Of a DNA stretch of 64,000 bases, positions 56,247 through 64,000 are shown piece after piece (position 1 is the stretch's first letter; each line of letters opens with the position of its first letter). The stretch is from Cyanobacteriota bacterium (GTDB taxonomy: Bacteria; Cyanobacteriota; Cyanobacteriia; PCC-6307; Cyanobiaceae). The notes beneath the pieces were generated by a model. That model saw nothing but the letters and a program-made list of their open reading frames with translations, had not been told where the DNA came from and did not search any database. The stretch is taken from assembly GCA_035285465.1 (NCBI GenBank), contig JAYKHC010000012.1, positions 21,565-85,564 on the forward strand, in the 5' to 3' direction. A program made the translations under genes and the position numbers.

Positions 56247-57986
56247 ATGGGGCAACGCTCCGCAGTGGACAGCAACATCGGCGACAAAGCCTGGTGGGAG
56301 GGGGCGGTGATCTACCAACTGATCCCCCGGAGCTTCGCCGATGGCGATGGCGATGGGATCGGTGATCTCAATGGACTGCGACGCCGGCTCGGGCACCTGC
56401 GCTGGCTGGGCGTGGATGCGCTCTGGCTGACTCCCATCTACCCATCTCCGATGCGGGACGGTGGCTACGACATCACTGATTTCAACAGCATTCATCCCGA
56501 GCTGGGCGATCTGGGCGACCTGGATCGCCTGATCAGAACAGCCCATGACCACGGATTGCGGGTGATCCTCGATCTGGTGCTGAACCACACCAGCGACCTT
56601 CACCCCTGGTTCCAGAGGGCCCGCTGGGCACAGCGGGACTCACCGGAACGGGCCTTCTATGTGTGGAGGGATCGCAATGATGCCTACCAGGAGGCTCCGG
56701 TTCTGTTCCGCCAGTTTGAAAGTTCCAACTGGCGCTGGGATCCGGTGGCCGAGCAGTACTACCTGCACCGCTTTCTGCACCACCAGCCCGATCTCAATTA
56801 CGACAATCCTGCCGTCCAGGAGGCGATGCTGGAGGTTGTGGAGTTCTGGCTCAATCGCGGAGTCGATGGATTCCGACTCGATGCCATTCCCTATCTGTTC
56901 GAGCGCGAGGGCACCCGTTGTGAAGGCCTGCCCGAAACCCATGCCTTTCTGAAGCGTCTGAGGCAGCGCATGCGTGAGCACTGCGCTCAACGGCGCAAAC
57001 CGGAGGTGCTGCTGCTGGCTGAAGCGATCCAGCCGATCGATGAGGCAGCCCCTTACCTCGTGGATGACGAACTGCATGCCGCCTTCAACTTCGCGCTCAC
57101 CGCTCACCTCTTCGCGGCGGTTGCCCATGGTCAGACCAGAAACCTGCAGGCGTTCCTGGCTTCGATGAGCCGCTGCGGCCATGTGCTGCGCTGGGCTCTA
57201 CCGCTGCGCAACCACGACGAACTCTGGCTGGGAGACGGCCATCTGGTTCCTCCGGACGTGATCCACTGGGTTCGCCATGGGCTTCCGGCGTCCCATGGCC
57301 ACTGGCTGAACTGGGGGATCAACCGCCGCCTGGCGCCCCTGCTGAACGGGGATCCGCGGCCCAACATGGCTCTGCATGCCCTGATCTACAGCCTGCCGGG
57401 GATGCCGTGCGTGTACTACGGCGACGAACTCGGAATGGGCGACTGGCCGGGTCTGCGGGACCGGGATGTGAATCGCACGCCGATGGCCTGGACGGCGGAA
57501 CGCAACGGCGGCTTCTCGACGGCTCCTGACCCGCTGCTGGTGCTTCCCCCGATCACGACACCCGGCTACGACTACAGGGTGGTGAACGTGGAGGTGCAGA
57601 AGGCCCTGCCGGGTTCGCTGCTCAACTGGCACCGTCGCATGCTCACCAGCAGGCGGCTGCTGCCCGCGCTGCGCGATGGTGACTTCGAGCTGCTTGACAG
57701 TCAGCATCCCAGCGTGATCGCCTACGTCCGCCGGAATCCAGCCATGACGGTTCTGGTGGCTGTGAACCTCAGCGGAACGGGCGCCTCAACCCAGCTGGAT
57801 CTGGAACCCTGGCGCGGGGAACGGTTGCGTGATGTGCTCTGTGGATGCGAATTCCCAGCAGCCAGCGCCGAGTGGTTCCTGCATCTTCCGGCCTACGGAT
57901 TCTGCTGGTGGCTGCTCGGCGATGTTGATCTCTCCTCCTCGAGCAGCGTCGCGGCCAGCGGAGCCAGTCGGGCGGCTTCGGCCTGA
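56247..57986 (+). CDS. GH13 alpha-amylase-family enzyme, trehalose synthase (TreS)-like
   Basis: 579 aa. WWEGAVIYQLIPRSFADGDGDGIGDLNGL, WLTPIYPSPMRDGGYDITDF, LDLVLNHTSDLHPWFQRA, GFRLDAIPYLFEREGTRCEGLPETHAFLKRLR and the ending YGFCWW resemble TreS/maltose glucosyltransferase blocks. Confidence 0.78.
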   Translation: MGQRSAVDSNIGDKAWWEGAVIYQLIPRSFADGDGDGIGDLNGLRRRLGHLRWLGVDALWLTPIYPSPMRDGGYDITDFNSIHPELGDLGDLDRLIRTAHDHGLRVILDLVLNHTSDLHPWFQRARWAQRDSPERAFYVWRDRNDAYQEAPVLFRQFESSNWRWDPVAEQYYLHRFLHHQPDLNYDNPAVQEAMLEVVEFWLNRGVDGFRLDAIPYLFEREGTRCEGLPETHAFLKRLRQRMREHCAQRRKPEVLLLAEAIQPIDEAAPYLVDDELHAAFNFALTAHLFAAVAHGQTRNLQAFLASMSRCGHVLRWALPLRNHDELWLGDGHLVPPDVIHWVRHGLPASHGHWLNWGINRRLAPLLNGDPRPNMALHALIYSLPGMPCVYYGDELGMGDWPGLRDRDVNRTPMAWTAERNGGFSTAPDPLLVLPPITTPGYDYRVVNVEVQKALPGSLLNWHRRMLTSRRLLPALRDGDFELLDSQHPSVIAYVRRNPAMTVLVAVNLSGTGASTQLDLEPWRGERLRDVLCGCEFPAASAEWFLHLPAYGFCWWLLGDVDLSSSSSVAASGASRAASA

Positions 57987-59452
57987 TCAAGGGTCCAGAT
58001 GCGGCTGCGGCGAGCCAGCAGATCCTGCGGGTTGCGAGCCAGCTCGTGGCGCGCACCATAGCGCCACTCGGCCGCGCAGACCGGCAGCACCTGGCTGAGC
58101 GGCAGCAGCTCAGCCTCGGAACGTGCCTCGGCCAGCACCTGAGAGGCGAGCAGGCCGAAGCTGCTTTGAAGGTGCTCCACCTGAGCCTGCCGCTGGGGGT
58201 GATCGGGAATCTGCTGGAGCAACATCTGGCGCTGCTGCTCCAGAGCGGCGGTGGTGCGTTCCGGCTGATCGGCACTGCCGATCAGGGGCAGCGACACGGG
58301 CGGCGGCAGCTGGCGGCCGAGACGTTCAGCCACGGCCTCGAGAGCCTGAAGCGCCACGAGCCGGCAGGTGGTCCACTTGCCGCCCAGCACGCTGATCAGA
58401 CCGTTGGGCAGCAGCTCCACTTCGTGTTCGCGCACCACCCGGCTGCTGGCCTGGTTGGTGGCCGGACGGAGCAGGGGCCGCCCTCCGGCCCAGGCACTGG
58501 AGACGCTGATGTCAGGGGCGAGGGGAAACCACGCCCTGAGATGGTCGAGCAGAAACTGCTTCTCCTGATCGGACACGGCCGTGGCTTCTGCCGCTTCACA
58601 GGGCACATCGGTGGTGCCGACCAGGGTGTGCCCCAGGAACGGCAGAATGAACAGAACCCGCCCATCGCTGCTGCGAGGCACCAGCAGACCGGCACGGCCA
58701 CGGCAGAGCTGCTCACGCAGCACCAGATGGGTACCCCGGCTCACCAGCAGGCGCGGCGGAGCCTGTGGATCAGCCAGCTGTCGCAGCTGGTCGGCGGCCA
58801 CACCGGCAGCATTGACAATCACCCGTGCCGGCCAGCGGCTCTGGCGACCCTCAGGGTGCTGGCCGATCACCGTCTGCAGGTCACCCTGTCCGGACTCGAA
58901 TCCCACCACGCGGCAGTCGCGCTCGATGCAGGCCCCCGCCTGGCGGGCCGTGAGCAGCAGCAGCAGGTTCAGGCGGGCATCGTCGAACTGACCATCGCTG
59001 TAGAGCAGCGCTGAACGAAAGCTGGGATCCAGCTGTGGAAAAGCCTGGTGGAGATCCTCCAGACCGGCCGCGCCGGTCGGCTTGAGACCCTCGCTGCCGG
59101 CGAGCAGGTCGTAGAGCCCAAGGCCAAGGCGGTAATACAGCTGCGCGAGAGGCCCGGTGGTGGGCAGAGCGATGCGCAGCTCCCGGGCCAGAAACGGCGC
59201 TGCCGTGATCCAGTGCCGCCGTTCAGCGAGTGCCTGGCGCACCAGTCGCAGTTGGGCCGGGTCGAAACGCCGCACGGCCAGCTCGAGGTAACGCACGCCC
59301 CCATGGAGCAGTTTGGTGCTGCGGGAACTGGTTCCCTGAGCCGGATCACCGGCTTCCAGCACCGCCACCCGCAGGCCACGCCGGACCGCTTCATGGGCCA
59401 GGGCTGCGCCGTTGCAGCCGGCACCGATCACGAGCAGGTCAAACGGAGTCAT
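57893..59452 (-). CDS. glpD: FAD-dependent glycerol-3-phosphate dehydrogenase
   Basis: ATG 59452 (MTPFDLLVIGAGCNGAALAHEAVRRGLRVAVLEAGDPAQGTSSRSTKLLHGGVRYLE, the GlpD N-terminus). The start overlaps the glpK stop by 14 nt. The 3' end overlaps the TreS-like gene by 94 nt. Confidence 0.9.
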   Translation of the reverse strand: MTPFDLLVIGAGCNGAALAHEAVRRGLRVAVLEAGDPAQGTSSRSTKLLHGGVRYLELAVRRFDPAQLRLVRQALAERRHWITAAPFLARELRIALPTTGPLAQLYYRLGLGLYDLLAGSEGLKPTGAAGLEDLHQAFPQLDPSFRSALLYSDGQFDDARLNLLLLLTARQAGACIERDCRVVGFESGQGDLQTVIGQHPEGRQSRWPARVIVNAAGVAADQLRQLADPQAPPRLLVSRGTHLVLREQLCRGRAGLLVPRSSDGRVLFILPFLGHTLVGTTDVPCEAAEATAVSDQEKQFLLDHLRAWFPLAPDISVSSAWAGGRPLLRPATNQASSRVVREHEVELLPNGLISVLGGKWTTCRLVALQALEAVAERLGRQLPPPVSLPLIGSADQPERTTAALEQQRQMLLQQIPDHPQRQAQVEHLQSSFGLLASQVLAEARSEAELLPLSQVLPVCAAEWRYGARHELARNPQDLLARRSRIWTLDQAEAARLAPLAATLLEEERSTSPSSHQQNP

Positions 59453-60953
59453 CGGAATGCCAGTGAAGCGAGCGTTGCACCGCGTCATCCCAGCGACGCC
59501 GCCAGCACTGACGGGCGGGGGGATCCAGCTGGGGAACAAAGCGGCTGATTCCGGCGCCGCGGCGGTCCTGCGCGGCCGAGAGGTCGTGGATGACCCCCGC
59601 CTCCAAACCGGCCATGAGTGCCACGCCCAGGGCTGTCGACTCGAGCTGAGCCGGACGCTTCACCTCCAGCCCGCTGCTGTCAGCCTGAGCCTGCAGCAAC
59701 AGGTCGGAGGCCGCCGCCCCACCATCCACGGCCAGGTGATCGAGTGGAACGCCGAGGGCGGTTTCCGCCAGTTCCACCAGGGTGGAAATCGACAGCGCAA
59801 CTCCATCGAGAGCCGCCCGAGCGATGTGGGCAGCACCGCTGTCGCGGTTGAGCCCGATCAGCAGCCCGCGGGCCGAAGGGTCCCAGTGGGGGCAGCCCCA
59901 GCCGGTGAAAGCCGGCACCAGCATCACGTCGCCGGCGGAAGCGACGCTGGCGGCCAGGCCATCCATCTCCTCGGCGCTCCTGATCAGACCCAGGCCATCC
60001 CGCAGCCACTGCACCACGGTGCCGGCATTGAACACGCTGCCTTCAAGGCAGTAGGTGACCTGGCCATCCGGCTCCACCCAGCCCACGGTGCTGAGCAGCC
60101 CGCCCGGGGCACGCAGCGGTTCCCTGCCACTGTTGACCACAAGAAAGGCGCCGGTGCCATAGGTGCATTTGGCCTGGCCAGGCTTCAGACAGAACTGCCC
60201 GAAGGTTGCCGCCTGCTGATCACCCATCAGCGCCGTGATCGGGGTGCCGGCGAAGGGCAGTCCAGCGGTGATCGTGGCGAAGCTGGCGCGGCAGGGCAGC
60301 AGCTCCGGCAGCGAATCCCTGCCGATGCCCACCTGTTCCAGAGCCAGGGGAAGCCAATCCAGACCGTCGAGATCCAGCAGCAGGGTGCGACTGGCATTGC
60401 TGAAATCCGTGGCGTGGCGGCGTCCGCCGCTGAGCTGCCAGAGCAACCAGCTGTCCACCGTTCCGAAGCAGAGTTCTCCCTGCTGCTGGGCAGCGCAGGC
60501 GTCAGCGTCCTGATCCAGCAGCCAGCGGATCTTGCTGGCGCTGAAATAGGGATCGAGCACCAGACCGGTGCGCTCCATCCAGGTCGTGGCCACAGACAAC
60601 CCGCGCCACTCGCCACAGATCCGATGGGTGCGTCTGTCCTGCCAGACGAGCGCAGGGCCCAGGGCTGCGCTGTCTCCACGACGCCACAGGATCGTGGTTT
60701 CGCGCTGGTTGGTCACGCCACAGGCCGCAACGGCAGCCCTCTGAGCGGGGCTGATCGAGGCCTCGAGCCGGCGCATCGCCTCCAGCTGGGTGAGCCAGAT
60801 CTCCTCGGCATCCTGTTCCACCCAGCCATCAGCCGGGTAGTGCACCGAGAGCGGCACCTGAGCAACGGCGATGGTCTCGCCGGCACCATTGAACAGCGCC
60901 GCCCGGGAGCTGCTCGTGCCCTGATCCAGCGCCAGCAACAGGGGCTCCGTCAT
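59439..60953 (-). CDS. glpK: Glycerol kinase
   Basis: 504 aa. LLLALDQGTSSSRAALF, GVTNQRETTILW, GLPFAGTPITALMGDQQAATFGQ, GTGAFLVVNSG, and the FGGY carbohydrate-kinase family ending ...VDGGAAASDLLLQAQAD. Confidence 0.95.
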   Translation of the reverse strand: MTEPLLLALDQGTSSSRAALFNGAGETIAVAQVPLSVHYPADGWVEQDAEEIWLTQLEAMRRLEASISPAQRAAVAACGVTNQRETTILWRRGDSAALGPALVWQDRRTHRICGEWRGLSVATTWMERTGLVLDPYFSASKIRWLLDQDADACAAQQQGELCFGTVDSWLLWQLSGGRRHATDFSNASRTLLLDLDGLDWLPLALEQVGIGRDSLPELLPCRASFATITAGLPFAGTPITALMGDQQAATFGQFCLKPGQAKCTYGTGAFLVVNSGREPLRAPGGLLSTVGWVEPDGQVTYCLEGSVFNAGTVVQWLRDGLGLIRSAEEMDGLAASVASAGDVMLVPAFTGWGCPHWDPSARGLLIGLNRDSGAAHIARAALDGVALSISTLVELAETALGVPLDHLAVDGGAAASDLLLQAQADSSGLEVKRPAQLESTALGVALMAGLEAGVIHDLSAAQDRRGAGISRFVPQLDPPARQCWRRRWDDAVQRSLHWHSDDSV

Positions 60954-61049
60954 TCATCAGCAGCTTTTCCACGGTTTAGAGCCTGCGCGCGGATCTGTCA
61001 GCGGCCCTGCCCTGAAGGCTCAAGGGGTTGACGGAGATGGAAATGTGGA

Positions 61050-62093
61050 GTGAGCCCGACTGCGTCACCAGCCGTGACTCCGCTCGCCGCATCGATCTTC
61101 AAGGCCCTGCTCGCCCTTGTGGGAGGCGGCCTGCTCTCCCTGGTGGCGGCGCGGCTGGCCGGAGTGATGTTTCTGCCGATGGTCCGGCGCACACGCGGCA
61201 CGCTTGACGACTGGATCCTGCAGGTGGTCATCGCCGCCATCCCGCCCTTCGGCTGGGTGATCAGCGCTGTTCTCGCCTGGCGGCTCCTGCCCACCTCTGT
61301 TGAGAGCGACCGGGTGGCGTTTGTTGTCGCCAATCTGTTGCTGGTGGTGCTTGTGGTGAGGCTGATCAACAAGATCAGCGTGCAGGTGCTGCACCGGTTC
61401 GCCGAGCGTCAGGACGAAGCGACTGTTGCCAGCATGCTCCACTCCCTCACCCCGATGCTGCAGGCGGTGATCTGGTGTATCGGTGCGGTGTTCTATCTGC
61501 AGAACATCGGTATCCAGATGGCGGCGATCTGGGCGTTGCTGAGCGCCGGTGGAATCGGAGCGGGACTGGCTCTCAAGCAGCCGGTGGCTGAGTTCTTTGA
61601 ATACATCACCATCCTGCTCGACAAACCGTTTCAGACCGGGCAGTTCATCCATGTCGGGGAGGTGTGGGCCACCGTGGAGACGGTGGGAGTTCGCAGCACC
61701 CGGCTCCGCAGCATCGATGGAGAAGCGATCGTGATGAGCAACAGCACCCTGGCAGGTTCCGTGATCTCCAATTACGGTGATATGCAGGAGCGGCGTCTGA
61801 TCTATCGGCTCGGGGTCACCTACGACACCGATGCCGACACGCTGAAGGGCATTCCGGAGCTGCTGCGGGAGGTTGTTGAGAGCAACCCAGACGCCCGCTT
61901 CGATCGCTGCCACTTTGTTGAGTTCAACGCCAGCAGCCTGGATTTTGAGCTGGTGTATTACGTGTGCAGCAGTGATTACACGAGGGCCATGGATGCGCAG
62001 CAGGCCATCAACCTTGAAATCGTGCGTTGTTTTGCAAGAAATGAAATCAGTTTCGCCTTCCCAACCCGCACCCTCCATGTTGTCGGTGAATAG
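61050..62093 (+). CDS. Small-conductance mechanosensitive channel (MscS family)
   Basis: 347 aa, GTG start. N-terminal TM helices, then the MscS beta-domain pattern (KPFQTGQFIHVGEVWATVETVGVRSTRLRSIDGEAIVMSNSTL). Confidence 0.85.
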   Translation: MSPTASPAVTPLAASIFKALLALVGGGLLSLVAARLAGVMFLPMVRRTRGTLDDWILQVVIAAIPPFGWVISAVLAWRLLPTSVESDRVAFVVANLLLVVLVVRLINKISVQVLHRFAERQDEATVASMLHSLTPMLQAVIWCIGAVFYLQNIGIQMAAIWALLSAGGIGAGLALKQPVAEFFEYITILLDKPFQTGQFIHVGEVWATVETVGVRSTRLRSIDGEAIVMSNSTLAGSVISNYGDMQERRLIYRLGVTYDTDADTLKGIPELLREVVESNPDARFDRCHFVEFNASSLDFELVYYVCSSDYTRAMDAQQAINLEIVRCFARNEISFAFPTRTLHVVGE

Positions 62094-63549
62094 CGAGGAC
62101 GTACGGGATCCGAGCCTGCCGCCGGAATGGGCTGCTGATGCGGTTGTGTATCAGATTTTTCCCGATCGCTTCCGGCGCAGCAAGCGAGCCGACCAGCAGC
62201 GTGGACTGGCTTTTCAGAACTGGGGATCAACTCCGGATTCCCATCTCTTTCAAGGGGGCGATCTCCAGGGCGTGATCGAGGGACTGGAGCATATCCAGGC
62301 CATGGGATTCAACTGCCTGTATCTCAACCCGATCTTCAGTTCAGCAGCCAATCACCGTTACCACACCTATGACTACTTTCAGGTGGATCCACTGCTGGGC
62401 GGCGATCCGGCATTCGACGCCCTCCTGATCGAACTGAAGCGACGGGGGATGCGGTTGTTGCTCGATGGGGTTTTCAACCATTGCGGCCGGGGTTTCTGGG
62501 CGTTTCATCACCTGCTGGAAAATGGAGCGGCATCGCCCTACGCCGACTGGTTCCTGGTGGATCAGTGGCCGGTGAATCCCTATCCCGATCGCTCAGACAG
62601 CCGATCAACTCAGCGATGCGGTTACCACAGCTGGTGGAGCGATCCGGCTCTCCCCAAGTTCAATCATGCCAATCCGGAGGTGAGGGCTTACCTGATCGAG
62701 GTGGGCCGGCACTGGCTGGAACGTGGCATCGACGGCTGGCGGCTGGATGTCCCGGACGAGGTGGAACCATCCTTCTGGGTGGACTTCCGCGAGCAGGTCC
62801 GCAAGGTCAATCCGGCAGCCTGGATCGTGGGCGAAATCTGGGGAGACGCCCGTGCCTGGCTTGCCGGCCGGCACTTCGACGGCGTGATGAATTACCGGAT
62901 TGCCTGGACCACCCTGGGCTGGAGCAGTCATGGACAGCTCCAGCCGGGGCTGGCCCAACCCTCCATTCCCTACCGATGCCTGAGCGGGGAGGAGTGGCGG
63001 CAGTTGATTCTTGAAACTCTGGCCTGGTATCGCCCGGAGGTGAATGAGGCACAGCTCAACCTCCTGGACAGCCACGACGTTCCCAGGGCGCTGCACATGC
63101 TGAGGGGGGATGCGGCAGCTCTGCGGCTGGCTCTGACGATCCTGTTCTGCCTGCCGGGGGTGCCCTGCCTGTACTACGGCACGGAAGCCGGTCTGGCCGG
63201 CGGTGCGGAACCGGCCTGCCGTGAGGCTTTCCCCTGGGGTGACCCCGGGAGCTGGGCGCTGGACCTGCGTTCGTTCATTCACTCCCTGACCGAACTGCGG
63301 CGCTCCAGGGAGGCTCTGCGCCGCTCCGGAATCGTGATTGAGGTGCTGCAGGGCCCCGAGGGAGATCAGGGCCTGAAACTGTTGCGCGGCGAGGGAGCCA
63401 ACGCTGTGCAGGTGCTGCTGAACCGCAGCCGGCTGAATGATCTGCCGCTGTCAGTCGAACGCAACCCGATTCTCTGGCCACCTGCCCGCCGCGGTGAACC
63501 GGCACCGCCGCAGCTGCAGCCTCAGGAGGTGCTGGTGATCGCCAGCTGA
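62077..63549 (+). CDS. GH13 alpha-glycosidase (MalZ / neopullulanase-like)
   Basis: ATG 62077 (MLSVNSEDVRD...) overlaps the mscS 3' end by 17 nt. VVYQIFPDRFRRS, GGDLQGVIEGLEHIQAMGFNCLYLNPIF, LLLDGVFNHCG, GWRLDVPDEV, IVGEIWGD and LLDSHDVPR are GH13 conserved regions I-IV. The track ORF starts at 61873, inside mscS. Confidence 0.8.
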   Translation: MLSVNSEDVRDPSLPPEWAADAVVYQIFPDRFRRSKRADQQRGLAFQNWGSTPDSHLFQGGDLQGVIEGLEHIQAMGFNCLYLNPIFSSAANHRYHTYDYFQVDPLLGGDPAFDALLIELKRRGMRLLLDGVFNHCGRGFWAFHHLLENGAASPYADWFLVDQWPVNPYPDRSDSRSTQRCGYHSWWSDPALPKFNHANPEVRAYLIEVGRHWLERGIDGWRLDVPDEVEPSFWVDFREQVRKVNPAAWIVGEIWGDARAWLAGRHFDGVMNYRIAWTTLGWSSHGQLQPGLAQPSIPYRCLSGEEWRQLILETLAWYRPEVNEAQLNLLDSHDVPRALHMLRGDAAALRLALTILFCLPGVPCLYYGTEAGLAGGAEPACREAFPWGDPGSWALDLRSFIHSLTELRRSREALRRSGIVIEVLQGPEGDQGLKLLRGEGANAVQVLLNRSRLNDLPLSVERNPILWPPARRGEPAPPQLQPQEVLVIAS

Positions 63550-63727
63550 GTGAGGCGCTGCCCGCTCGGTCTTTGATAAGTTCTTCTGGGCTGAACTGGC
63601 CGGGTTCGACCCCATGCACAACCTGACCCGTTGTGCGAGGGGAGTGTCCGGCTGAACCTGGGCCATTGATCCCTGTTTTCGCCTTTTTCAACACCAAACG
63701 TTCACCGCTCAACCAGGAATCCCGGAT

Positions 63728-63964
63728 ATGTCCCGCGTCTGTGCGCTCACCGGCAAGCGAGCCAACAACGGCATGGCCGTGTCCCACTCCCATGTGCGCA
63801 CCAAGAAACTTCAGCAGGTGAATCTGCAGGAACGGCGTCTCTGGTGGGCCGAGGGTCAGCGCTTTGTGAAGCTGCGGGTTTCCACCCGCGCCCTCAGAAC
63901 GATTCAGAAAAAGGGGCTGGGCGCCTACGCCCGGGAACTGGGTGTCAATCTCTCCAGACTCTGA
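63728..63964 (+). CDS. rpmB: 50S ribosomal protein L28
   Basis: 78 aa. [40 protein letters not shown] is the canonical L28 sequence. Confidence 0.95.
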   Translation: MSRVCALTGKRANNGMAVSHSHVRTKKLQQVNLQERRLWWAEGQRFVKLRVSTRALRTIQKKGLGAYARELGVNLSRL

Positions 63965-64000
63965 ATCATCACGAGCCTCTCCCTCCGATGCATCGTCGCC

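Noticed and set aside
59412-61031. A 539-aa ORF on the + strand, one of the longest in the track.
   Set aside because: It lies fully antisense to glycerol kinase, whose reverse-strand translation has unmistakable FGGY-kinase motifs. The + strand product is Arg/Gly/Ala/Pro-rich with no motif. It is a typical shadow ORF of a GC-rich genome.
1-64000. I looked for CRISPR arrays, IS elements or transposases, integrases, phage genes, toxin-antitoxin pairs, restriction-modification or other defence genes, rRNA, and long ncRNAs. I also looked for HIP1 (GCGATCGC) enrichment.
   Set aside because: None was found. Every ORF of substantial length is either assignable to a housekeeping or osmolyte function or is an antisense shadow. 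Intergenic spacers are at most about 220 nt. HIP1 octamers occur only sporadically (for example at 39816-39823), so no claim can be made without counting genome-wide.

Overview
This is a densely coding, high-GC chromosomal segment. It looks picocyanobacterial (Synechococcus/Cyanobium-like), judged from gene content: hemJ, a dnaK3/dnaJ3-type pair, a DUF1257/Ycf35-like gene, a cyanobacterial-type hfq, a long RibBA, and ggpS. I call about 56 protein genes and one tRNA-Ser(GGA). I see no rRNA, CRISPR array, transposase, integrase, phage gene or recognisable defence gene.

Positions 1-47.7 kb are housekeeping genes: metH (runs off the left edge), ilvE, cobN, hemJ, an FeS-type photolyase, uvrC, coaD, dacB, dapF, hfq, leuS, pgi, a cell-wall hydrolase cluster, purN, argC, ribBA, mtnP, murQ, dnaJ/dnaK, pstCAB, two ferredoxins, an IMPase-family gene, hisZ and htpG.

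Positions 47.7-63.5 kb form a compact compatible-solute locus. It holds ggpS translationally coupled to a four-gene ABC importer, a divergent GpsA-like protein of unclear function, a glucosylglycerol-3-phosphatase-like gene, a TreS-like GH13, glpK-glpD, an MscS channel and a MalZ-like GH13. rpmB follows.

I did not find a convincing, wholly new system. The best leads are:
- the organisation of the osmolyte island, including the aberrant GpsA-like gene;
- a perfect 20-bp tandem repeat and a structured ggpS leader inside that island;
- sharply bounded low-GC3 patches inside conserved genes (metH, leuS, pstCAB, htpG, ggpS) that look like recombination mosaics;
- an AT-rich island of helically phased TGTTRA repeats;
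- a Cys4 tail on DapF.

All protein identifications rest on motifs I recognise by eye. No database search was run.
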